DNA from: a virus
Taxonomy: Duplodnaviria; Caudoviricetes
IMG/VR virus record: IMGVR_UViG_3300044723_007969
DNA: 64,000 nucleotides
Reading direction: 5' to 3' (one strand)
The notes beneath the pieces were generated by a model that saw only the letters and a program-made list of their open reading frames with translations, was not told the DNA's origin and made no database searches. Position numbers and translations under genes: made by a program. Of this stretch, positions 1-8,834 are shown in pieces (the first letter of the stretch is position 1; every line of letters begins with the position of its first letter).

Positions 1-135
1 TGGTGTTACATATACGTCAACTGTTCCGTCGCCGTCTGTTTTATTTGTAATGTAAATCACTGTAACTGCCGTGTCCGCAGACGCAGTGAAGGCCGCTGTT
101 ACCGCCGTTCCTACTTGAAAATTTGTTATTGCCAT
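1..135 (-). CDS. Partial (runs off the left edge) small beta-rich virion-type protein, MAITNFQVGTAVTAAFTASADTAVTVIYITNK...
   Basis: ATG at 135 lies 3 nt after the stop of the 139..981 ORF and the frame is open to position 1; translated by hand. Confidence 0.7.
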   Translation of the reverse strand, partial: MAITNFQVGTAVTAAFTASADTAVTVIYITNKTDGDGTVDVYVTP

Positions 136-138
136 ATC

Positions 139-981
139 TTATCCTAACGCAATGGCCAATGCCGTTGCTTTGCTTTTACTTATCAGTTCTCCTACGGTGC
201 CAGTTGCGATGTTTGAGTTTCTAAAATAGAGACCAGTTCCTCCGCCACCTGCTGTTTTGTTGTATAATATTGTTTGTGCTGTTGCTGTTGGATCTGTTGC
301 CATTGCTGAAAATGTTAGTGTGTCGTTAACGACCACGTTACCAGTTCCGCTGGCTTTCAATACAAGATCATCATTGGATCTTGTGGCTGTCACAACATTA
401 TCAACTATTGATACAGCATCGTTGGCTATTGAAGTTGTTGCTGTGATGTTGCCTGTGACTGCTAATACTGTTCCGTCAAATGTTAAATTTGCTTCGCCTT
501 GTATTGCGTCCGGACCAGTGATAGTTGTCACTTGATTGTTTGTTGAACCCGATAAACTTACACTACTCGTAGAGTCTACATAAGTTTTTGTTGCCGCATC
601 TGATCCTGCTGTTGGTTCAGCAACCTGTATTTTTGCCAGTGCCGTATCTACTATCGCATTACCGGTGCCATCTGATGTTGTTGTGACTGCTTTAAAAACA
701 TCGTCACCCTCGTTCCAGTAGATCGCCGCGTTGTTGGCCGCACCTCTGTTTATTAGTATACCTGCGTCAATGTCTGACGGAGTTGAATTGTTTCTGCTTA
801 GGATTATGATAGGGTCTTCAATAGTAAGTGATGCTGTGTCTATGACTGTGTTCGTTCCTTCAACGTCGAGGTCACCTTTGACAACAACTCTTCTTGAATC
901 TAAGACAATATCTTTTGTACCTGCCGCACCCGTGCCGGCTTGTATAGTGTAATCATCTGAGGTACGTAAATTCTTTGCCAT
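139..981 (-). CDS. Virion structural / fibre-like protein
   Basis: 280 aa, Thr/Gly/Ala-rich; 'IEDPIIILSRN...DAGILINRG...AIYWNEG' and 'DAATKTYVD' are typical fibre motifs; TAAATA late box just upstream. Confidence 0.7.
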   Translation of the reverse strand: MAKNLRTSDDYTIQAGTGAAGTKDIVLDSRRVVVKGDLDVEGTNTVIDTASLTIEDPIIILSRNNSTPSDIDAGILINRGAANNAAIYWNEGDDVFKAVTTTSDGTGNAIVDTALAKIQVAEPTAGSDAATKTYVDSTSSVSLSGSTNNQVTTITGPDAIQGEANLTFDGTVLAVTGNITATTSIANDAVSIVDNVVTATRSNDDLVLKASGTGNVVVNDTLTFSAMATDPTATAQTILYNKTAGGGGTGLYFRNSNIATGTVGELISKSKATALAIALG

Positions 982-1000
982 TTGCTATTATTTATGTAAG

Positions 1001-1028
1001 AAAAGGGGGAGCGTGTAACTCCCCCTTT
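1001..1028 (-). terminator. Rho-independent terminator after the 144-aa gene
   Basis: AAAGGGGGAG-TTACACG-CTCCCCCTTTT on the minus strand. Confidence 0.8.
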
Positions 1029-1046
1029 AAAGCACGTATTGTTCTA

Positions 1047-1481
1047 TTATCTAACGTCGATGTTCGCTTTGTCGGAATCCTGACCTTCGTCAGTACCCTC
1101 TGCTTTAAGCGTGTAAGGTTTGCTACCTTCAGCACCGCCGGCAGTTACATAATGAATTGTGTTGTTGAAGAACTTACTTACGTAAGCAACTGTTGAGTCA
1201 TCTAAGATAACTTGTACACAGAATTCACCAACGCCACTCGTGTTGTCGTTCGCGAGTGAACCTGGAGCAACTGCTTTAAGCATCATTACTACTTCAGTTG
1301 AATCTTCTAAGTGTATCTTGAATAACCTAGATGATCTTTGTGCAACAACGTAAGCCACTGTGGAATCAACTTTTGCTCCACCGAATGGTCTGTAAGCCGT
1401 AACCGCAATTTTACCAGAAAGGTCTCCGCCGAATGCGCCAGAGGCTCCTGATATCTTGTTTTTGTTTATTGGTCTTCCCAT
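1047..1481 (-). CDS. Putative capsid-associated (decoration-type) structural protein, MGRP- N-terminus
   Basis: 144 aa, strong SD (AAGGAG), late promoter, located downstream of gp23; function inferred from position. Confidence 0.6.
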   Translation of the reverse strand: MGRPINKNKISGASGAFGGDLSGKIAVTAYRPFGGAKVDSTVAYVVAQRSSRLFKIHLEDSTEVVMMLKAVAPGSLANDNTSGVGEFCVQVILDDSTVAYVSKFFNNTIHYVTAGGAEGSKPYTLKAEGTDEGQDSDKANIDVR

Positions 1482-1488
1482 TTGTTTT

Positions 1489-1577
1489 CTCCTTTAAAGG
1501 AGTCCAATCCTAGTTCTCCTAGGTACGCGGTTGTTATCCGCATAAGTCTTCTACAGTGGTAGAAGTACGTTTGAACT
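1489..1577 (-). promoter_or_regulatory. Structured 5' leader RNA (four-way junction plus SD-sequestering hairpin)
   Basis: AGUUCAA/UUGGACU closing stem around three hairpins (CUUCUAC/GUAGAAG, UAUGCGG/CCGCGUA, CCUAG/CUAGG); CUCCU-UUAA-AGGAG covers the SD; TAAATA at 1588-1583. Confidence 0.65.
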
Positions 1578-1662
1578 GTGTGTATTTATTATTTTTTAGG
1601 AGTTATAAAGTGTGTGGTTAAAAGGCCGATTCAATATGTCTCCATCGTCGACCTTTAAGTGA

Positions 1663-1770
1663 TTAACCTTGAACTTCCGGTACAGGCTGACCTGACCAAA
1701 GCATCCATGCGAATACGATCACGACTACTGCCGCACCTATCCATAGTTTCTTGTCTTTTAAATGTTTCAT
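1663..1770 (-). CDS. Unannotated 35-aa single-TM membrane peptide (MKHLKDKKLWIGAAVVVIVFAWMLWSGQPVPEVQG)
   Basis: SD AAGGAG 6 nt before ATG, TAAATA at 1793-1788, basic N-terminus then a hydrophobic stretch, terminator-like hairpin downstream. Confidence 0.75.
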   Translation of the reverse strand: MKHLKDKKLWIGAAVVVIVFAWMLWSGQPVPEVQG

Positions 1771-1797
1771 GATTATCTCCTTAACATTATTTAATTA

Positions 1798-1833
1798 AAG
1801 AGTGGCGCAAGATTAAATGGCTCACACCACTCT
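1798..1833 (-). terminator. Terminator-like hairpin after the 77-aa membrane gene
   Basis: AGAGTGGTGTGAG...CTTGCGCCACTCT followed by TTAATT on the minus strand. Confidence 0.55.
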
Positions 1834-1860
1834 GAGGTTACGTATTTCTAGATTTTTATA

Positions 1861-2094
1861 TTATTTTCTGTTGTAGATATGATATAAAATCCAAACTGCG
1901 ACCAATCCGATCAACCCTTGATCAGAAAAGCCTTTCAGTACGCCCTGGATGTTTCCGATTACCGAAACATTTGGCCAGAACGGAATACCTTGACCATTGA
2001 AAAGGATTTCTAAAACAATCCCCAACGCAATTAAACTTACTCCTACGTCGGCAATAGATTTCGCCCATCCTTTTACTTTCATCATGATATCCAT
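1861..2094 (-). CDS. Small membrane protein with two TM segments
   Basis: 77 aa with two hydrophobic helices; SD GGGAGG; TAAATA and a GAAA-loop hairpin in the leader. Confidence 0.75.
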   Translation of the reverse strand: MDIMMKVKGWAKSIADVGVSLIALGIVLEILFNGQGIPFWPNVSVIGNIQGVLKGFSDQGLIGLVAVWILYHIYNRK

Positions 2095-2243
2095 AATTGG
2101 ACCTCCCTTTGATTTAAAGTTTCTTTCGAAACTCTGAATTATTTAGAAGTCTGCAACCAAAGTAAAACTACAACATTTGGTCTGCGGATGGTATGGACAC
2201 CAAAATAATTTTTAATAAGAGCGGTTAATGAAAATTAAGTCAC

Positions 2244-2273
2244 AAAAAAAGGGCGACCGAAGCCGCCCTTTTT
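2244..2273 (-). terminator. Rho-independent terminator of the capsid operon with a cUUCGg tetraloop
   Basis: AAAAAGGGCGGC-TTCG-GTCGCCCTTTTTTT directly after the gp23 stop; UUCG terminators are typical of T4-like phages. Confidence 0.9.
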
Positions 2274-2295
2274 GAAATAAAAATAAACCTGAGGC

Positions 2296-3480
2296 TTATT
2301 TGAATTTTAAGTTTCCTGAAGTTACAGCAACTTTTCCAACGTAGTCAGCCGCGTTACCAAGAGATGATGCAGTGTTTGTTAACTCTACATAACCATATCT
2401 TGTTAAGAAACCTACTACCGGTTCGAAAGTTGATGGATCAAGAACAACGCCTGAAGACATTAAAGGTATGTAAGGACAATAGAACGCTGGAGCGTCTGCC
2501 TCACTTGCACCTTTGTAGCCAACTAGTACGTCTGTACTGTCTGCCGCGTAAGCGTCTACGTATACTCTCATCGCACCGTTTAAAGTTCCAACGAATTTAG
2601 TATTTGTTGGTGCTTCAAATGTACCCTCAGTCGATCTTGCGAATGCTGAAGTTGTTGCTGATTGAAGAATAGTTAAAGCAGTTGGAGATACTACTGCGTA
2701 GTTTCCAGCGCCTCTTCTAGTTCTTGAAGCGATTTGGTTAGCAACTCTATTGATTAGAACAGCCAATGCCGCGTGTTCATCACCAACGAATGTTGCAGTA
2801 CCTGATACAGCCGCTTGGTCAAAAGTCTCAGAAGCAGTTCCTGCCAATGTTCTTAATGATCCAATTACTTCTTGGTCGATCTCAGCAGTAATCTCTTGAG
2901 CTAATGCCGCCATGATTTCTGCTTCTACATCGATACCTTGTTGTGCTTGTGCATCTTGAGCCGCTTCAAAAGTCCATCTTGCTGATAGTTTTCTTGATTT
3001 AGCCTCAACCGCTTGTTTCAAGATTTGGATAGATAATCTCTTACCTGGTGTACCCTCTAACGCCGCTGTAGAAGAACCTTTTGCGTTTCCTTCTGTAGTG
3101 TCGTCTGCTTGGTTACCTGAGTAAGCTCTAGCAATCTTGAATGGAGATAATGCTTCTTCACCAGCCGTTGCGTTGTTGGCTACTGTGTCCGCGTATCTTA
3201 TTCTTAGTGTGTGGATTTGACCTACAGGACCAGTCATCGGTTGTACACCAACGATCTCGTTCGCAATAACAGTCGGCATAACCCTTCTGATTACTGGTAG
3301 GATAACCCTGTTTAACGTAGCAACGTTACCGGCACTTGTTGCACCAGCAGTAGAAGCCTCAGACAAGTATCTTTTAGTGTTTTCTAACACTACGTCCATA
3401 GTCTTCTTCTTGTTACCTGCTAAACCTTCAGTTAGAGCGGCTTTAGTTTCGCCCCATTTTGATTCAAATATATCTGACAT
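2296..3480 (-). CDS. gp23: Major capsid protein (T4 gp23-like)
   Basis: 'VGVQPMTGPVGQIHTLR', 'VEAKSRKLSARWTFEAAQD', 'AFYCPYIPL', 'FEPVVGFLTRYG'. Confidence 0.95.
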   Translation of the reverse strand: MSDIFESKWGETKAALTEGLAGNKKKTMDVVLENTKRYLSEASTAGATSAGNVATLNRVILPVIRRVMPTVIANEIVGVQPMTGPVGQIHTLRIRYADTVANNATAGEEALSPFKIARAYSGNQADDTTEGNAKGSSTAALEGTPGKRLSIQILKQAVEAKSRKLSARWTFEAAQDAQAQQGIDVEAEIMAALAQEITAEIDQEVIGSLRTLAGTASETFDQAAVSGTATFVGDEHAALAVLINRVANQIASRTRRGAGNYAVVSPTALTILQSATTSAFARSTEGTFEAPTNTKFVGTLNGAMRVYVDAYAADSTDVLVGYKGASEADAPAFYCPYIPLMSSGVVLDPSTFEPVVGFLTRYGYVELTNTASSLGNAADYVGKVAVTSGNLKFK

Positions 3481-3504
3481 TTGTAATCTTCCTTTGTTTA
3501 GTTG

Positions 3505-4572
3505 TTATATACCCGCTAACTTACGGATACTTGTTATATCAGCATCTTCCCTTTGTGCTCTGTCGCCGCCTGACTCAGAAAGTATTTTGGCACCTTCTTT
3601 GGTCACAGCCTTGTCAGCCATCACGTGTGGTAGATACTTGTTGAACGAAGCCTCAAGTTTCGCTGTTGAAACTGATTCTAACAACTGACTCATTACTTCA
3701 CTCTTTTCTTTGCCCAATGGTTTGAGCATCTCAGCCATCTTTTCCTTGCGTTCCATCAAGTCCGCTTGTCTCTTGGCTTCCGCCTCCTTGGACTCAATCA
3801 CCGCTTGTTTCTCTTCGACGGCCTTCTCAGCGTCTTTTAATTTAAGTGTAGTTTCATCCACAACTCTCATTAACTTCGCAGACTCAGATTTCTCATTTAA
3901 GTAAGAATTCTGGTACTCCGATGCAAACGCTTCGAATATTTTCTTACCAAAGTTGATTTCTCTAGCAGATGTAATGTCTTCCTTCAAGCCTTTTAGCTCT
4001 TCAGCAAGTTTTTTATTAACTGCAGATTCTACAACTTTAGCAGATCTTGTTATGAAAGCCTCTTTCATCTTAGCCATTTGTTTTTTGGCTTCGGCTACTA
4101 GTTTGACTTTCGTTTCCACAACGCCTTTTTTGTCTTCATGGAACTCTTTAATTTCTTTTGCAAGAGCGTTTACTACGAACTCTTCCATTTTCTTAAAGTT
4201 TTCATGAACACCTTTTCTGTCGCCGTGTAGTTCTTTTAACTCTTCTGATAGTTTAGATAGGATGAATCCTTCTAATTTAGCAGAATGTTTGCCTACGTTT
4301 TCTTTGTAAGCGATTTTTTCTTGTGCAAGTGCTTTTCTGTCTTCAACGAATTTCGTGATCTCTTCAGATAACTTTTCGTTCATCATTTTGTCAATAGCCT
4401 CGATCATGTTTGCTTTGTCGTGTTCGTATCTTTTAGCAAACTCTTCTCTTAACTCAGCGCCTACAACTTCTTTGTTTTCTTTAATCTTCGAATCCCAAGC
4501 CTCTTGGATGCCTTTTTGCACATCTTCTGAGATCGCTCCTGACTCTACTAATTTTGATATTGCGTCTATCAT
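3505..4572 (-). CDS. gp22: Prohead core scaffold protein (gp22-like)
   Basis: 355-aa Glu/Lys coiled coil between the protease and MCP genes. Confidence 0.8.
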   Translation of the reverse strand: MIDAISKLVESGAISEDVQKGIQEAWDSKIKENKEVVGAELREEFAKRYEHDKANMIEAIDKMMNEKLSEEITKFVEDRKALAQEKIAYKENVGKHSAKLEGFILSKLSEELKELHGDRKGVHENFKKMEEFVVNALAKEIKEFHEDKKGVVETKVKLVAEAKKQMAKMKEAFITRSAKVVESAVNKKLAEELKGLKEDITSAREINFGKKIFEAFASEYQNSYLNEKSESAKLMRVVDETTLKLKDAEKAVEEKQAVIESKEAEAKRQADLMERKEKMAEMLKPLGKEKSEVMSQLLESVSTAKLEASFNKYLPHVMADKAVTKEGAKILSESGGDRAQREDADITSIRKLAGI

Positions 4573-4573
4573 G

Positions 4574-5206
4574 TTATTTTAGGTCCTTTATTATGTTGGT
4601 TAGTGCCTCCTTGAGGAACTTTTGTGCTTTTGGGTCATTTCTAACTTCAGCCGCCAACCCTTTTGCCATGTTACCACCCTTTGTATTCATTAGGTGTTCG
4701 TAAATTGGCGTTGGGTAAGCACCTGGTGCCGAAGGTTGGGCAACAACATCGACTGTGATGATCTCGAAGTCTGAAACTTCGCCGCTTCCGTATTCGTTCA
4801 TGTTTCCAGAACCTCTACTTGAAACGCCTAGTTTCACACCTGATTGCAACATAGTTTCGACAAGTTTGCCCATCGGTGTCGGTAGGATTTTCATCTTACC
4901 GTATCCATTTGGTCCGTCCATCCACATTTCTGTGATCATGTGAGACACACGGTCCAAATTAATCTTTAAATCATCTGGGTGATCCACTTCACCTAACACA
5001 GAGTATCCAGAACTGATCTGATCGTTCAGTGTTTTAGTCGCTTTTGCGATTTCTGACACTGGGTAAACTCTCTGATTAGCGTTCTTGATCCCACCTTGAA
5101 TACAGATACCCTTCATGTACAAATCCTTACCGTCTTTTCCCTCGTGTAAGATCTGCACTCTGGCCTGATCAAATGTTAGATTCTCTCTTAGGTATAGTGA
5201 TGCCAT
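4574..5206 (-). CDS. gp21: Prohead maturation protease (gp21-like)
   Basis: 'LGEVDHP...INLDRVSH', 'LGVSSRGSG', 'DVVAQPSAPGAY'. Confidence 0.95.
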   Translation of the reverse strand: MASLYLRENLTFDQARVQILHEGKDGKDLYMKGICIQGGIKNANQRVYPVSEIAKATKTLNDQISSGYSVLGEVDHPDDLKINLDRVSHMITEMWMDGPNGYGKMKILPTPMGKLVETMLQSGVKLGVSSRGSGNMNEYGSGEVSDFEIITVDVVAQPSAPGAYPTPIYEHLMNTKGGNMAKGLAAEVRNDPKAQKFLKEALTNIIKDLK

Positions 5207-5233
5207 CCGACGATCTCCCTGTTAAATCAACAA

Positions 5234-6106
5234 TTACTTAGAAGCAACTGGTGATTTTGCTGATTTATCAGAACCATCCGCAGTTGAAGGTTTAACTTCC
5301 TTCATCTTTGGCTCAGTAGTTTGGTTCATGCTTTTCGCTGTTGGAGCCGGTCTTCCTTTTTCTTCTGCTCCGCCTTTAGCGATGTTTGAACCACCTTGGC
5401 CCATTTTTGTGCCTGCGTCTGCTACTGGTGATTTCTTGTTATCAGCATGGTCGGCAGTGTCCGCTTTAGCCATGTTTTTGTATTCTTTTACAGTTTCTTT
5501 GGCTGGTGCTTCTTTGCTTTCCATCTCTGGAGTTAACTCTGGTGCTAAAGATTCTTCTTCTTTTTCTTCTTCACCGTCTTTTTTGTCGCCCATCATTGCT
5601 TCGAATTCTGCCTTTAGTTCATCTAAAGCGTCTTCCAAGTCAACTACTCTGTCTTCAACATCGCCTTCTGCGTCTTTTTCAGCGTCCATGTCTGCTGGCA
5701 TTTCTTCACCTTTATCTGCATCCATTTCGCCTTCTTCTTCTGCTGAGATGTCTTTAACCAATTCGTCAGTTGCGTCGCCGCCTACTTCTTCAATTGATTC
5801 TTCTTCAGTAGTTTCAGATTCAGTTGCTTCGTCTTCGATTTCAACAACTTCGTCTACTTGCTCGTCTTTAGATTCTTCAGTAGTTTCTTCTACTTTTTCC
5901 TCTTCAGATGCTTCAGTTTCTTTAACTTCTTCTTTAGCGTCTTCTTTTGATTCTTCTTTTGCCTCGGCAGTTACTTCTTCGTCTGCTAGGTTCTCGTAGA
6001 TGTCTCTTGACTTTTCTACTACGATTTCGTGGAATAAAGCCTCTGCTTTATCGTTTTCTTCATTTATTAGTAATTCTAATAAACTCTCAAATTTATTGTT
6101 TGACAT
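5234..6106 (-). CDS. Highly acidic prohead core protein (gp67-like)
   Basis: 290 aa, Glu/Asp-rich, upstream of the protease; SD AAGGAG and TAAATA upstream. Confidence 0.65.
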   Translation of the reverse strand: MSNNKFESLLELLINEENDKAEALFHEIVVEKSRDIYENLADEEVTAEAKEESKEDAKEEVKETEASEEEKVEETTEESKDEQVDEVVEIEDEATESETTEEESIEEVGGDATDELVKDISAEEEGEMDADKGEEMPADMDAEKDAEGDVEDRVVDLEDALDELKAEFEAMMGDKKDGEEEKEEESLAPELTPEMESKEAPAKETVKEYKNMAKADTADHADNKKSPVADAGTKMGQGGSNIAKGGAEEKGRPAPTAKSMNQTTEPKMKEVKPSTADGSDKSAKSPVASK

Positions 6107-6213
6107 TTTACACGTGCTCCTTGTTTTATAGTCGATTTGTACTTATAAGTGTTTGTATTTACTGCAAAGGTACGAAAACGGTGGTGTAACTGGTGTAAAA
6201 TGACGTCTTTTTG

Positions 6214-6840
6214 TTATCTTTTAATCTGGAGTTCGAATTTTGCCAGGAATTCTTCAGTTGAGGTGTGTTTCATGTTGTCTGCCCAGGTCAGATCTTTGGG
6301 TTGGAACCATCCCGCAGGCACAACTCTATGGAACTTGACCTCCTTGTAATCTTGTAGGCAACGCTTGGTCTGATTCATCCAGTTGCCGTAGAACGTGGCC
6401 TCGTCGTTGCTTTTCTTGTAGTTCCTTGTGTCCTTGAACATGTTGTTGAAACGGAATCTGTTGTTTTTGTTGCCTTCGGCATGACCTTGATAGTCAAACC
6501 CCAGTATGTAGATCTCCTTGTGTCCTTGGTCACAGGCCAATTTCAATGCTGTTGGACCGCTTGACCAACCCAGACTAGGCTTGAACCAGTTGACATGATC
6601 CATTATTTTCTGGTTTTTGTTGTATTGGTTGTTGAAATTGCTCCATACTTTATTATGTACAGGATAATCTGATTCCGCTATCTCTAAAATCATCTTTGGA
6701 TCAACTGCCACAAGGAAGTCGGGACGGTGTGTTCTGTACACACCATTGCAGGCAAAAACCGTGCCTCGTTCTTTGAGGTCATCGATATCGATGCCCTTAC
6801 GTGATTCACCGTTACCTAGTACGAACGCTATTGATGACAT
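6214..6840 (-). CDS. Maf/DUF115-like (sialyltransferase-fold) putative glycosyltransferase
   Basis: 'AFVLGNGESR', 'FACNGVYR', 'PDFLVAVD', 'SSGPTAL', 'EIYILGFDY' match the MAF_flag10/MptE-like motif order. Confidence 0.6.
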   Translation of the reverse strand: MSSIAFVLGNGESRKGIDIDDLKERGTVFACNGVYRTHRPDFLVAVDPKMILEIAESDYPVHNKVWSNFNNQYNKNQKIMDHVNWFKPSLGWSSGPTALKLACDQGHKEIYILGFDYQGHAEGNKNNRFRFNNMFKDTRNYKKSNDEATFYGNWMNQTKRCLQDYKEVKFHRVVPAGWFQPKDLTWADNMKHTSTEEFLAKFELQIKR

Positions 6841-7082
6841 TATAACGTTAAGTTATCGTCTGTGGCAGGTTGTCCGTACATCTTTTGGACAAATACTGCT
6901 TCTTCCTTTTGTTGAGCATCGTGTGCCTCAGATGCCAACCTCATAGAGTTGATTTGTTTGAGTGTTAGTCTTGTTTTTCTTGTGTCTTCTGAATCTAGAA
7001 TGGAAATATCGTTCTCAGGCTCGTATGTTTTGTCCTGTTCAAGGCCATCTGCGCCGTAAGTGAAGAATTCATTCAGTTTCAT
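6840..7082 (-). CDS. Small head-module protein of unknown function
   Basis: 80 aa, stop/start overlap with the next gene, TAAATA 5 nt before ATG. Confidence 0.7.
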   Translation of the reverse strand: MKLNEFFTYGADGLEQDKTYEPENDISILDSEDTRKTRLTLKQINSMRLASEAHDAQQKEEAVFVQKMYGQPATDDNLTL

Positions 7083-7097
7083 AAACGTATTTAACCC

Positions 7098-8828
7098 TTA
7101 TACCTGTCCGCCGCCACCTGTGCCACCTGGCGTCTGTCCACCTGGCGTCTGTCCTGGCTGTCCTGGCTGTGCTCCGCCTGGTTCTGGTGCGTCTACATCT
7201 GCTGTTGGCTCTTCGAATTGATCCAGGTCGGCACTGATACCCGATTGTGTAACTCCACCACCTCTCAATTCATTTGATTTAGTTTGTTTCTTCTGTGGTA
7301 CATTGTTTTCTTCTGCCCAAAGTTCGGCATTTCTTGCCATTTCTTCTTCGCTCAATCCTAAATATCTTTTTAGTGCAAATCTTTTACTCATGTAAGGCAG
7401 TTCTGCCACCTGTGAAAATGTGTTGACCCTGCTTTGGTCCATTTCTGTCTGTCTGTACTGTGCAAAGTTCTGTGGTGGATTCAATTTAAGACCAAACATA
7501 CTGTTGTCTATGTTGTATCCTTTTGATTTGATCCATAATTTGAACTCACTGTCAAATGTTTCTGCCAACATTGATTGTAATCTAGCACAATACTTGTTGA
7601 ATCTCAATTCCTGGATGTATGCAGTACCCACTCTACCATCATTGTACTGTTGTCCACCGTCTTCTGCACCTGTTGGTAGATAAGAACTTGGAATTCTCAA
7701 TCCTCTGAACAGTTTGTTTGTGAAGAATCTCAAGTCATCTATCTCACCAAGGTTTGTACCACCCGGTAGTGTGTCCACTTTAGAACCTCTACCCTCTGCT
7801 GTCTGTGGGAAGAAGTAATCTTCGTTTATTGACATTGGGTTGTATGTTGCATCTATGAAGTTTGCTCCACCTGATGCACTTGGAATTCTTCTTTGGTTGA
7901 TCTCGTTTTTGACCCTCTCAACGAACTGCATAGCCAAGTGTGTTGGCATGTTACCCACGTCTATGTAGAATACCCTTCTTTCAGGTGCTCTTTGAACCCT
8001 GTAGATGATGATTGCGTCTTCTAATAATTCTTTTTGTTTGTAAACCTTGAATACTTGTTCTAACACCGACTGTCCAAATGGGAATAGGTTGTCTAGACCA
8101 TCTGACATTGACATGTGGATCACATGTTCTGCGTTTATGTTGTACGCATTCATGGTCTTGTAGAATCTTCCACCTGCGTTTCCGCCTGCGAAGCCTGACA
8201 TGTTGTTTGTGGCACCTGCGTTTGCATAACTTGATCCGTATGCCGCTGTTCCACCGCCTGTGGTTCCACCACCACCATAAGTTTGATTTGGTGTGATCTG
8301 TGTTGCACTCAATCTCTGTAAGTTAGGGTTTATATCTCTGATCACATACTGTTCAGGTTTCTTGCCCTCTGATTCATTTACAACGATCCTGTCAACTTTG
8401 GCGTTGTCTATGTACAACCATTTCTGTGTTTCCGGATCCCTAACGAAGAAACAGTCTCCGTATTTTAATGCGTTCCTGAATATCCTAAAAATTCTCTTGT
8501 TGAACTTGTTTGACTTGGTCCATTGTTGAAGTGCCTTCTTGAGAAGTTTCACTTCGTGTTCTGTTGTCTCATCATTGAACACTATGTCGAACGGAGTTTC
8601 GTTCTCTGTGTTCTGCTGTGTCGAGAATTCCGCCAGGATGTCCAGTGCCGCATTGATCTCCGAGTCTGAATCCATTTGGTCATACTGGAAGTATCTCTGT
8701 ATCCTGTTGGGGTGTCCTGTGTACACGTCCGGAAGATAGGAACTGTAATTCCTCTTCGCGAAGTTGGGCACTTTCTCTCCACTTATGGGAGAAAGGTTAG
8801 CGTCTTTAAAATATTTTTTCCAAGCCAT
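7098..8828 (-). CDS. gp20: Portal vertex protein (gp20-like)
   Basis: 'LLEDAIIIYRVQRAPERRVFYIDVGNMP', 'EDYFFP...GRGSKVDTLPGGTNLGEIDD'. Confidence 0.95.
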   Translation of the reverse strand: MAWKKYFKDANLSPISGEKVPNFAKRNYSSYLPDVYTGHPNRIQRYFQYDQMDSDSEINAALDILAEFSTQQNTENETPFDIVFNDETTEHEVKLLKKALQQWTKSNKFNKRIFRIFRNALKYGDCFFVRDPETQKWLYIDNAKVDRIVVNESEGKKPEQYVIRDINPNLQRLSATQITPNQTYGGGGTTGGGTAAYGSSYANAGATNNMSGFAGGNAGGRFYKTMNAYNINAEHVIHMSMSDGLDNLFPFGQSVLEQVFKVYKQKELLEDAIIIYRVQRAPERRVFYIDVGNMPTHLAMQFVERVKNEINQRRIPSASGGANFIDATYNPMSINEDYFFPQTAEGRGSKVDTLPGGTNLGEIDDLRFFTNKLFRGLRIPSSYLPTGAEDGGQQYNDGRVGTAYIQELRFNKYCARLQSMLAETFDSEFKLWIKSKGYNIDNSMFGLKLNPPQNFAQYRQTEMDQSRVNTFSQVAELPYMSKRFALKRYLGLSEEEMARNAELWAEENNVPQKKQTKSNELRGGGVTQSGISADLDQFEEPTADVDAPEPGGAQPGQPGQTPGGQTPGGTGGGGQV

Positions 8829-8834
8829 ACTTTA

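Noticed and set aside
1501-1577. tRNA gene
   Set aside because: Cloverleaf-like but lacks a T-loop GTTC in position, D-loop GG, a 7-nt anticodon loop on a 5-bp stem and CCA; kept only as a leader structure
5328-5999. 223-aa Ser-rich plus-strand ORF
   Set aside because: Reverse-complement artefact of the GAA-rich acidic core gene
7100-7190. Short tandem repeats at the portal 3' end (PGGQT units)
   Set aside because: Ordinary low-complexity disordered protein tail
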